From contig CALVXI010000005.1 of NCBI GenBank assembly GCA_944368975.1, positions 20,967 to 84,966 of the forward strand: a DNA stretch of 64,000 nt, in the 5' to 3' direction. Within the stretch, counting starts at the first letter, position 1. Each line of letters starts with the position of its first letter. A program made the translations under genes and the position numbers. Under the pieces are notes generated by a model. The model was not told the origin of the DNA. It searched no databases and saw only the letters and a program-made list of their open reading frames with translations. This document shows positions 30,559-40,467 of the stretch, piece by piece. The stretch comes from an uncultured Bacilli bacterium (GTDB lineage Bacteria; Bacillota_I; Bacilli_A; RFN20; CAG-826).

Positions 30559-30822
30559 ATGATTAAACCATTAAGAAATTATTGTTTATTAAAGAAAGAA
30601 AAAATCGAAAAAGAAACTAAATTTGGAGATATTATAATCTCTACTAAAAAAGATAATGGCACTGTTTCAAAAATAATTAGTGTTGGAGAAGATGTTAAAA
30701 ATCCATTATTAAAAGAAGGCGCAAGAGTTATATATAAAGAATATTCAACAACTTCATATAAAGAAAATGATGAAGAATATTTATTAATTAAAGATGAAGA
30801 TATTCTTGCAGTTATTGAATAA
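30559..30822 (+). CDS. groES: Co-chaperonin GroES
   Basis: MIKPLRNYCLLKK.. with GGAGG RBS at 30547. The ORF-track TTG 30544 start is probably too early. Confidence 0.93.
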   Translation: MIKPLRNYCLLKKEKIEKETKFGDIIISTKKDNGTVSKIISVGEDVKNPLLKEGARVIYKEYSTTSYKENDEEYLLIKDEDILAVIE

Positions 30823-30834
30823 GGAGATAAATAA

Positions 30835-32460
<1,626 letters not shown>

Positions 32461-32493
32461 TAATTTCTAACCTATTAATTATTAGATAATAAC

Positions 32494-32537
32494 TAAGAGC
32501 TAATAAGGTAACTAACCAAGTTAGCTCTTTTCTTTTT
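32494..32537 (+). terminator. Rho-independent terminator after groEL
   Basis: TAAGAGCTAA ... TTAGCTCTT stem followed by TTTTCTTTTT. Confidence 0.7.
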
Positions 32538-32545
32538 AGTTAAAT

Positions 32546-32651
32546 CTAACTTTTAATACACAATGACTAGATGAGTGTGTATCAAAAGTTAGAAGATTAA
32601 GTTTTTCCTTTTTGATACACAAATACCTTATTAATGAGTATCATAAGTTTG
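32546..32651 (+). promoter_or_regulatory. Two inverted-repeat pairs, candidate AbiEi operators overlapping the abiEi promoter
   Basis: IR1: CTAACTTTTAATACACA (32546-62) / TGTGTATCAAAAGTTAG (32576-92). IR2: CTTTTTGATACACA (32608-21) / TGAGTATCATAAGTTTG (32635-51). The last arm overlaps a TTGATT(-35)-17-TATAAT(-10) promoter at 32649-32677. Confidence 0.55.
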
Positions 32652-32692
32652 ATTTTTAATGTTGCTTTTTATATAATTTTATTGAGGCAAAT

Positions 32693-33295
32693 ATGACGAA
32701 TTTTCTACTTATTGAATCTATTATTAATAAAAATGATGGTGTTGCTAAAACATCAGATTTTATTGCTGCTGGTATTAATAAATACGAAATTTCAAAATTA
32801 CTTTCCAATAATAAAATTGAAAGAATTACTAATGGTTATTATAAATTAGGGAATGAATTTTTAGATTTTGGTCAAGTTTTAAAGGCTTATTTACCAGAAG
32901 GAATACTTTTTCTTGAAACTGCCCTATATTATTATTTTTATTCAGATTATACTCCACGTAAATTTTCGATTGCTGTCCCTAGAAATATTTCAAAGAATCG
33001 TTTAAAGAAAATTCCTATGCCTGCGAAATATTTTTATATTAGTGAAAATATTTTTGAACTAGGTTTAACAACTATGGAAATTGATGGAAGAGAACTAAGA
33101 ATTTATGATCGAGAAAGAACAATATGTGACTGTTTTAAATATAAAAATAAAATTGATATTGAAACTTTTATTAAAGCAATAAAAGCTTATGCTTATGATG
33201 AAAATAATAATATAACACGATTAATTTCTTATTCAAAACAACTTGGTGTATATAATCAAGTAATTGAAACTATGAGGATTTTATTAAATGACTGA
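32693..33295 (+). CDS. AbiEi-family type IV toxin-antitoxin antitoxin / transcriptional regulator
   Basis: N-terminal wHTH pattern GVAKTSDFIAAGINKYEISKLLSNNKIERITNGYYKL. 200 aa. Overlaps the start of the AbiEii remnant through an ATGA-type junction. Confidence 0.75.
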   Translation: MTNFLLIESIINKNDGVAKTSDFIAAGINKYEISKLLSNNKIERITNGYYKLGNEFLDFGQVLKAYLPEGILFLETALYYYFYSDYTPRKFSIAVPRNISKNRLKKIPMPAKYFYISENIFELGLTTMEIDGRELRIYDRERTICDCFKYKNKIDIETFIKAIKAYAYDENNNITRLISYSKQLGVYNQVIETMRILLND

Positions 33296-34183
33296 TAAAG
33301 GCGCCTCTGTTCTTGCTTTACTTAAACAAAATAGCAGATAAAATTGTTAATACTCAAAATTATTTACAACTTTTCTGTGAGGAGGAGTTTATTAGAAGGT
33401 TATCTAAATCTAAATATGCAGATAACTTTATATTAAAAGGTGGATTTTTCTTATATTGTTTGACGAATTTTGATAGTCGAGTTACTTACGATATAGATTT
33501 CCTTTTGAGTAAAATCCCTAATGATGAAGAAAAATTGAAAGAAATTTTTAATAGAAATTATTTCAACACAAAGTGGTAATGACTTTATTAGTTTTGAAAT
33601 ACGTAAGATTAGTAAAATTAATCTTCAGATGAAATATCACGGTTTAAGTGTTTCACTTGTAGGAAAGATTAAAAATACTAAAACACCTTTTAATATTGAT
33701 TTTGGTGTTGGTGATATCATTTTTCCAAGTATAGAAAAAAGAAAATTACCAACTCAATTAAAAAATTTTGATAGACCAATTGTTAATACTTATTCAATTG
33801 AATCAACAATTGCAGAAAAGATAGATTCGATATTACATTTAAAAGATTCGACTAGTAGAATGAAAGATTTTTTTGACATTTATTATTTAAGTTTTCACTT
33901 CGATTTTGAAGGCAGTAATTTAATTGGTGCTTTCAAAACAACTTTTATAAATAGAAACAGGAAATTCAATATTAGTGACTTTAATTGTGTATTAAATTTA
34001 TATAAGAACAATGATTTATGCAAATTATGGCAAGCTTTTATTAATAAAGTTAATATAACCAATATTAGTTTTAAAGAAGTATTATTTTATATTTATAACT
34101 TTTTACATGAACCACTAGAGTGTTTATTTAATGATAAACCATTTAATAAACACTGGAATTCATCTTTATATAAATGGAACTAA
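33288..34183 (+). pseudogene. AbiEii/AbiGii-family nucleotidyltransferase toxin, disrupted by at least two frameshifts
   Basis: Three consecutive frames carry the protein. MTDKGASVLALLKQNSR* starts at 33288. ..FCEEEFIRRLSKSKYADNFILKGG...RVTYDIDFL covers 33313-33579. GNDFISFEI..NIDFGVGDIIFP...IAEKIDSIL...SRMKDFFDIYYL runs to 34183. Confidence 0.75.
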
Positions 34184-34251
34184 TTAAAATTGTTATTACA
34201 ATGATTAACTTTAATATATAATTATGTAGCAGTAATTAATGAGGTAAAAAA

Positions 34252-35199
34252 ATGAAGATTGTTTGTCCATATTGTGAAAAAGTAAATGATGTAAGTAAAG
34301 GTGCATTAAGTTGTACTTGTAGTGCATGTAATACGACATTTGATATAACTGAAGGTAAAAAGAAAACTTTAGCTAAACTTAAGGAACTTCAAACTGGTGC
34401 ATATAATTGTTTATATCGAACCCAAAATTTTGATATGGCAATTAAATGTTATGAAGAAGCTTTATTAATTAAACCAAATGATTTAAGTTCAATTATTGGA
34501 ATATGTTTAGCGATTACTTCTTTATCAACATTTAGTAAAACTCGTTTTGATGAAGTTATACCAACGATTGAAAAATATGAAGTTTATTTAAATGTTGAAA
34601 ATACAGTTATCTTCCTTCATTTTATGATGGATATGTTTAATCAATTTGATTTTTATTATAAAGAAAGTGATACACGACTTATTAAAGATAACACATATAT
34701 AAATAGAGATTATTTTGATGTTTATCTTAAAACATTAAAAGATATTAAAGAAATTCTTAATTACTTTAAAGAATCTTTTGATATTATGGATCAAGAAGAA
34801 CTTAAGGCTTTTAAAGTTGATCATCCTTCATTTATAGAAAGATTTGATGAGCAAGAAAAAGAAGTAAATGATAGATTAAATAAAATTTATAATGTTAATA
34901 AAGTAGGTGATATTGAAGTTAAAGACGGAGAAGTAACTTTATTAAATAAAAATGTTGTAACACTTGATGTTGATTATATTAATGATGAAAATATGATTAA
35001 AGAAAATAAAGAAGGAAAGTTATATCAAAAAATATTTATTCCTTTAACTTTAATCTTTTTATTAATAGGTATTATTTTATTTATTTGCTATGCTGCTATG
35101 GGCGAAATTGCTTTATTAATTTCAGCTTGTATTTCTTTAGTTATTGGTGGAGGAAGTTACTTAGCTTTTTATTTATTAGCAAAGAAAACATTAAAATAG
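34252..35199 (+). CDS. Hypothetical zinc-ribbon protein with TPR-like segment and C-terminal membrane anchor
   Basis: CPYC-x14-CSAC at the N-terminus. YEEALLIKPND is a TPR-like segment. Two C-terminal hydrophobic helices. Confidence 0.6.
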   Translation: MKIVCPYCEKVNDVSKGALSCTCSACNTTFDITEGKKKTLAKLKELQTGAYNCLYRTQNFDMAIKCYEEALLIKPNDLSSIIGICLAITSLSTFSKTRFDEVIPTIEKYEVYLNVENTVIFLHFMMDMFNQFDFYYKESDTRLIKDNTYINRDYFDVYLKTLKDIKEILNYFKESFDIMDQEELKAFKVDHPSFIERFDEQEKEVNDRLNKIYNVNKVGDIEVKDGEVTLLNKNVVTLDVDYINDENMIKENKEGKLYQKIFIPLTLIFLLIGIILFICYAAMGEIALLISACISLVIGGGSYLAFYLLAKKTLK

Positions 35200-35217
35200 T
35201 TGAGATTTAGAGGCTTT

Positions 35218-35802
35218 TTAGATTAAATTACTACTTTTTAAATAATTAATTAACTTATTAAACGCTATTCCTCGATGAGAAATAGCGTTTTTTTCTTCAT
35301 CTTTCAATGTGCTTACTGGTTCATTAAGTCCATCTGGAATAAAAATAGGATCATAACCAAACCCATTACCTGTAACTATTTTATCAGAGATTCTTCCTTT
35401 AAATTCACCTTTAAAAACTAATGGTATATCTATTAAATTAACTAAAGTAATAACACAGGTAAACATTGCTTTACTATTAGGACAAGTTTTAACTAACATT
35501 TCATTTGTTTTTTCTTGTCCACCATTATTTATAGCATAGCGGTGTGTATAAATTCCTGGAAAATGTTCACCAAGAGCTTCAATTTCTATTCCTGAATCAT
35601 CAGCAATAATAGGTAAAGTTGTATAATCTTTAATAGCTAAAGCTTTAATTAATGAATTTTCTTCAAAAGTTTGGCCATTTTCAATTATTTCATTATGAAA
35701 ATTAATATCATTTAAACTTAAAAATTTAATATTAAGACCTTTCACCATCTCTTGATATTCTTTTACTTTATGATCATTACTTGTTGCAATTACTATTTCC
35801 AT
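35218..35802 (-). CDS. rdgB: Non-canonical purine NTP pyrophosphatase (dITP/XTP pyrophosphatase, RdgB/HAM1 family)
   Basis: IVIATSNDHKVKEY, ADDSGIEIEAL, GFGYDPIF and SHRGIAF motifs. 194 aa. Confidence 0.9.
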   Translation of the reverse strand: MEIVIATSNDHKVKEYQEMVKGLNIKFLSLNDINFHNEIIENGQTFEENSLIKALAIKDYTTLPIIADDSGIEIEALGEHFPGIYTHRYAINNGGQEKTNEMLVKTCPNSKAMFTCVITLVNLIDIPLVFKGEFKGRISDKIVTGNGFGYDPIFIPDGLNEPVSTLKDEEKNAISHRGIAFNKLINYLKSSNLI

Positions 35803-35923
35803 AAGCTTACCTCACGAGTAAGTAGTTTATCATTTTCTTATGTAATTTAAAGTAAATTCTAAAAATGAAAAGTGGCATTTTTTAGGTAAAAGTTGAAATA
35901 AGTGGCACAAATAGAAAAATTAG

Positions 35924-36112
35924 AATACGAAAAGAAACTTACTTATTAAACTTGAAGAGTGGCTAAATAAGCCTAACAAGAATGGTTTATTTATTTTAGG
36001 TGTTAGGCAGTCGGTAAAACTTATTTAGTTAGAGAATTTGCTTCTAAACATTTTGATAAAAATCATTTTATTGAAATTAATTTTGAATTAAATAATATTT
36101 AAGATTATTAGT
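35924..36112 (+). pseudogene. N-terminal fragment of an AAA ATPase (GxRQxGKT P-loop type, DUF4143-like), frameshifted and truncated
   Basis: ..LLIKLEEWLNKPNKNGLFILGVRQS, then a 1-nt shift, then GKTYLVREFASKHFDKNHFIEINFELNNI*. No start codon, and nothing follows the P-loop region. Confidence 0.55.
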
Positions 36113-36136
36113 TTCTTTAAGAATGTTATTTTTTTG

Positions 36137-36397
36137 TTATTTAATTAACTCATACCGTTTAACTAAAGATTCATCTCCTTTTAAAGTTAGATCTACATAT
36201 TCTTTAATTTTCTTTAAATACATATTAGTTTTCTTTAGGTAGTTTAAAACTCTTAACCATTCAAAGCCGTTATCTTCAAAGACTCTAATTCCATTAATTC
36301 TTTTAATATTAGGTAATAATTCTTTCTTATCATAATACCTAATGGTTTAAGGATTAATATTTATTAATTTAGAAATTTCACTAATTGTATAGCTCAT
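36137..36397 (-). pseudogene. MerR-family transcriptional regulator with in-frame nonsense codon and short C-terminus
   Basis: The minus strand reads MSYTISEISKLININP-TAA(36347-36349)-TIRYYDKKELLPNIKRINGIRVFEDNGFEWLRVLNYLKKTNMYLKKIKEY... all in a single frame. This is the MerR HTH signature interrupted where Ser/Pro is usual. Confidence 0.65.
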
Positions 36398-36503
36398 ATT
36401 TAAATAATAAGACTTTAACCATACTTTAAGAAAACATCTAAAATTATCTAATAATTGATTATTTGCACAAAAAAATATAAAATTTGTGCAAAGGAGGAAG
36501 CAT

Positions 36504-37559
36504 ATGCACAAATTACCATATAATTTAATCATTAATAATATCGAAATTTTCAAAGCGTTAATTAAGGCGAATTCAAAGTTAGGCGAACTGAATGGAATTT
36601 TAAATACATTACCTAATCCAAATGTAATTTTAAATGCAGTGATTTTAGGTGAAGCCAAAGAATCAAGTGATATTGAAAATATTGTGACAACTTTTGATGA
36701 AATTTTTAAAGAACTTACTTTAAAAAATCAAAGTGCATCTTCAAAAGAAGTAGTTCATTATAAAGAAGCTATTTTGTATGGATATAATAAAGTTATTAAA
36801 AATGGTTTTATTAACACAAAACTTTTAGAAGAAATACATCATATAATTGAACCAAATGTAGGTGGAATTAGAAAAATTCCAGGTACAGTAATTATTAACA
36901 CTAAAACTAAAGAAATTTTACATGAACCTCCTCAAAATGAAGTCGAAATAAGAGATTATTTAACTAATTTAGAAAAATATATTAATTATGATGATTTAGA
37001 TGATATTGATGATTTAGTTAAAATGGCTTTAATACATTTTCAATTTGAATCAATTCGTCCTTTTTATGATGGAAATGGTAGAACAGGAAGAATCTTAAAT
37101 GTACTTTATTTAATATTAAAGAAAAAGTTATCTTTACCAGTTTTATATTTATCTAAATACATAAATTCTAATAAGAGTCTTTATTATGACTGTTTAAATA
37201 AAACTCAAAAAGATTTAAAAAATATTGTTGATTATATTATTTATGTTGTAAACGGCGTCTATGAGACATGTATTTTTACAATTGATTTTATTAGAAAGTT
37301 TAATAAGGTAATGGAAGAATGTGGTACTTTAATTCAACAAAAAGCTCCAAAATTATATTCAAAAGATTTAGTGGAATACCTCTTTTTTGATTTTTATACA
37401 AAAAACGAATATTTTAGAGAAAAACTTTCAATATCAAGAAATACAGCTACTAAATATTTAAATGAATTAGTAGATATAGGAATTTTAAGTGTAGAAAATA
37501 TTGGTGTAGAAAAACTTTACAAAAATAATTATTTATTTGAACTAATGAAAGTTTGGTAA
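36504..37559 (+). CDS. Fic-family protein with His-to-Arg substitution in the catalytic motif
   Basis: HFQFESIRPFYDGNGRTGRIL against the Fic motif HxFx(D/E)GNGRxxR. N-terminal inhibitory-helix-like SSDIEN. C-terminal wHTH-like tail. ATG 36504 follows AGGAGGA, so the track start GTG 36486 is unlikely. Confidence 0.8.
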   Translation: MHKLPYNLIINNIEIFKALIKANSKLGELNGILNTLPNPNVILNAVILGEAKESSDIENIVTTFDEIFKELTLKNQSASSKEVVHYKEAILYGYNKVIKNGFINTKLLEEIHHIIEPNVGGIRKIPGTVIINTKTKEILHEPPQNEVEIRDYLTNLEKYINYDDLDDIDDLVKMALIHFQFESIRPFYDGNGRTGRILNVLYLILKKKLSLPVLYLSKYINSNKSLYYDCLNKTQKDLKNIVDYIIYVVNGVYETCIFTIDFIRKFNKVMEECGTLIQQKAPKLYSKDLVEYLFFDFYTKNEYFREKLSISRNTATKYLNELVDIGILSVENIGVEKLYKNNYLFELMKVW

Positions 37560-37585
37560 TTTTAAAAACTTAATTAACTTAATTA

Positions 37586-37614
37586 TTGACATACTTTTAA
37601 TCTAGTTTAATATT
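37586..37614 (+). promoter_or_regulatory. Sigma-A type promoter for the L-box leader
   Basis: TTGACA (37586-91), 16-nt spacer, TAATAT (37608-13). Confidence 0.6.
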
Positions 37615-37621
37615 ATTGTTC

Positions 37622-37790
37622 GAAGATTGATAGAGGCGCAATCTTAAATAGTAACTAGTCTAGAAGGCATTCATTGAAGCTAGTGAAAGGTAAGATTGCC
37701 GAAACGACATTTAGGCATAAATGTTAGTTGGGCTATAAGAGAATATCTTATAGACTCCTAGAAAGTTTTCTAGAGGCGCTATCGGTGTAA
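37622..37790 (+). promoter_or_regulatory. Lysine riboswitch (L-box) aptamer
   Basis: GATAGAGGCGC...AGTA...GTGAAAGG...ATTGCCGAA...TTGGG...ACTCCTAGA..TCTAGAGGCGCTATC. These are the conserved L-box blocks in canonical order, closed by a P1 helix GATAG/CTATC. Confidence 0.8.
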
Positions 37791-37801
37791 CTTGTCTTTA
37801 A

Positions 37802-37834
37802 AAAGATTGCATCGAGCGATGCAATCTTTATTTT
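37802..37834 (+). terminator. L-box expression-platform terminator
   Basis: AAAGATTGCAT-CGAGCG-ATGCAATCTTT hairpin followed by a T-run. The 5' leader segment GAAGATTG can alternatively pair with CAATCTT. Confidence 0.8.
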
Positions 37835-37848
37835 AAAGGGAGGTTACT

Positions 37849-39540
37849 ATGGAAAAGAAGTTAACTAAGCTTTTTGCTTTTATCGCTTTTTTATTTCTTT
37901 CTTTTGGAGCATTAACAAGTTGTGGCGTTAATAATAACGATAATACTTATCGACTAGTTATTGCGGGTATGACTGACACCGAAGAAAGAAGAAGATCTGT
38001 TGATTTTACTGATTACTATTATGAAAGTGAATTAGTTCTTGTTACTAAAACTGATAGTGGATTAAATAGTGAGACAGTTTATACTTATGAAGATTTATCA
38101 ACAATTCTTGAGGGACAAACCTTAGTAAGTCAAACTGGCACAATAACTTATAAAATGATTGATGTTTTTGAAAATGAATTTGGAGCCATTAAAGCTAATC
38201 CGGTTGATTCTTTTACTACCGCTTCACTTAATGTAATTAATGGAGCAGCTTTTGCTTTTACTGCTGAGCTTCCAGTTGCTCAATCTTATGTTAATGGTAA
38301 TGATAACTTAATGCTTATTCATATTGATCCAACAATCCTTGGTGATTCACTAAATGATTTAAGAGTTTCTATTGGTATAGCTAAAGGAAATGAAGACTTT
38401 ATTTCAAAAATAAATCGAGTTTTAGAAGGTATTTCACAAGAAGAACGTAATTCCATAATGACAAATATGGTTCAATTTAATAGTAATAATACTGAAAAAA
38501 CTGATAATATCACTAATAGAATTGAAGGAGAAAACGGAACAATTATTATAGGTTTAGAATGTAATTATCCTTCATTTAATTGGACTGAAACTAGTCCTAA
38601 TAATTATACATATCCTATAAGTGGATTAACTAATCAATATGCTGAAGGATATGATATTGAAATAGCTAAAATATTAGCTAGAGAATTAAATATGACTCTT
38701 GAAGTTCAAAAGATGGATTGGGATTCGTTACTTCCTTGGGCTACTTTAGTAGGTGAAGGAAGTGATAATAGTGTCAGTTATATTATTTCAAATTACTTTA
38801 GACAATTTGGATATGGTATTGCAACAACTTTATTTTTAGCAGTTATTGGAACTTTAGGCGGACTTATTATTGGCTTATTTTTAGGATTAGGAAGAACCTT
38901 AAAAATGTCACCAAATGATAATGTATTTATTAAAGCTATAAAGAAAGTAATTAATTTTATTTGCTATATTTATATTCTTATATTTAGAGGAACACCAATG
39001 ATGATTCAAGGAATGATTTTCTTTTTAGGTTTACCTTTAATTATTCCAATTGATTGGGTAAATATGGGGAGTAATGTAATTTTTAATGGATATTTTTATT
39101 GTGGATGTATAGTAATAGTTTTAAATACTGCAGCTTATATTGGAGAAATTATTAGAGGAGGAATTAATTCAGTTGATATCGGTCAATATGAAGGAGCTAG
39201 AAGTTTAGGATTAGGTTATTTTACGACAATGTTTAAAATTATTCTTCCACAAGCTTTAAAAAATTCAATTCCAAGTATTGGAAATGAATTTATTGTTAAT
39301 ATTAAAGATAGTAGTGTTTTAAATGTTATTGGTTTAACAGAACTTTATGGTTGGGGGAGAATTGTGATTAATAATACATATAATGCAATAGGAGTATATT
39401 TTATTGTTGCGATAATTTATTTAATTTTAACTTTACTTTTCTCATTAATTCTTAAATTAATTGAGAAGAAACTTAATGGTGAGGTAATTTTTCATTTAAA
39501 TTACTTTAGACATTTTAAAATCAATAAGGTAGGTGCTTAA
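37849..39540 (+). CDS. Amino-acid ABC transporter, fused substrate-binding lipoprotein domain + permease (binding domain apparently circularly permuted)
   Basis: Lipobox GALTSCG. SBP_bac_3-like blocks appear in swapped order: [22 protein letters not shown] near the N-terminus, and [33 protein letters not shown] just before the membrane domain. His/Glu/Gln-type permease with EAA loop [23 protein letters not shown]. Confidence 0.85.
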   Translation: MEKKLTKLFAFIAFLFLSFGALTSCGVNNNDNTYRLVIAGMTDTEERRRSVDFTDYYYESELVLVTKTDSGLNSETVYTYEDLSTILEGQTLVSQTGTITYKMIDVFENEFGAIKANPVDSFTTASLNVINGAAFAFTAELPVAQSYVNGNDNLMLIHIDPTILGDSLNDLRVSIGIAKGNEDFISKINRVLEGISQEERNSIMTNMVQFNSNNTEKTDNITNRIEGENGTIIIGLECNYPSFNWTETSPNNYTYPISGLTNQYAEGYDIEIAKILARELNMTLEVQKMDWDSLLPWATLVGEGSDNSVSYIISNYFRQFGYGIATTLFLAVIGTLGGLIIGLFLGLGRTLKMSPNDNVFIKAIKKVINFICYIYILIFRGTPMMIQGMIFFLGLPLIIPIDWVNMGSNVIFNGYFYCGCIVIVLNTAAYIGEIIRGGINSVDIGQYEGARSLGLGYFTTMFKIILPQALKNSIPSIGNEFIVNIKDSSVLNVIGLTELYGWGRIVINNTYNAIGVYFIVAIIYLILTLLFSLILKLIEKKLNGEVIFHLNYFRHFKINKVGA

Positions 39541-39541
39541 A

Positions 39542-40384
39542 ATGGAAAATGAATTATTACTTCATATAAATCATTTAAAAAAGGATTTTGATACAACTAG
39601 TGTTTTAAAAGATATATCACTCGATGTATATAAAGGTGATATTATTTCTTTAATTGGACCTAGCGGTAGTGGTAAATCGACTTTTCTTAGATGTTTAAAT
39701 TTACTTGAAACACCTAATGGTGGCGATATTTATTTTAAAGGAATTGGAGTAAATAAAATAACTAGAGACAAGCAAATAAAAGAACTAAAAAGAAAGATTA
39801 AAGATAATAAAGGGAATAATGAATTAATTAAAGAGTTAAAAACAAAGCTTAAAGTAATTAAAAAAACTAATTTAAATAAGATTAGAAAAAATTTAATCAT
39901 GGTTTTTCAAAATTTTAATCTATTTAATAATATGAACGTTTTAGATAATGTTATCTTTGCTCAAAAGAAAGTTCTTCATCGAAACTATTTAGAGGCAAAA
40001 AAGATTGCTTTAAGATGCTTAGAAGAAGTTGGATTAAGTGAAAGAGTTAATTATAAAATAAGTGAAATTAGCGGTGGACAAAAGCAGCGTGTTGCAATCG
40101 CTAGAGCTTTAGCAATGAATCCTGAGATTATTTTATTTGATGAACCTACAAGTGCTCTTGATCCTGAAATGACTATTGAAGTTCTTGATGTTATGAAAAA
40201 GTTAGCAAAAGAAGAAAAAACTATGATTGTAGTAACTCATGAGATGAATTTTGCTAGAAATGTTTCTAATAAAGTTATTTTTATGGATAAAGGAGAAATT
40301 ATTGAAAGCGGTAAACCATGTGAGATATTTAATAATCCAAAAACTGAGAGGTTAAAAGAGTTTCTAAAAGTTGATTCTAAGTAA
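39542..40384 (+). CDS. Amino-acid ABC transporter ATP-binding protein (with lysine-rich insertion)
   Basis: Walker [11 protein letters not shown]-loop VFQNFNLF, signature [13 protein letters not shown], Walker [12 protein letters not shown]. ~40-aa K-rich insert between Walker A and the Q-loop. ATG 39542 is preferred over GTG 39533. Confidence 0.92.
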   Translation: MENELLLHINHLKKDFDTTSVLKDISLDVYKGDIISLIGPSGSGKSTFLRCLNLLETPNGGDIYFKGIGVNKITRDKQIKELKRKIKDNKGNNELIKELKTKLKVIKKTNLNKIRKNLIMVFQNFNLFNNMNVLDNVIFAQKKVLHRNYLEAKKIALRCLEEVGLSERVNYKISEISGGQKQRVAIARALAMNPEIILFDEPTSALDPEMTIEVLDVMKKLAKEEKTMIVVTHEMNFARNVSNKVIFMDKGEIIESGKPCEIFNNPKTERLKEFLKVDSK

Positions 40385-40467
40385 TATCTTAAATTATTAC
40401 TATAATCTCTTAATTAGAGAAACTCTTAAAGATTTAAAAATTGATATAATAATCATGAGGTATAATT

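Noticed and set aside
36347-36658. 103-aa minus-strand ORF overlapping the start of the Fic gene.
   Set aside because: Only its last 16 codons (MSYTISEISKLININP) make sense, as a MerR HTH start. The upstream extension is an open frame through the Fic 5' region with no RBS. I annotated it instead as a MerR pseudogene (36137-36397).
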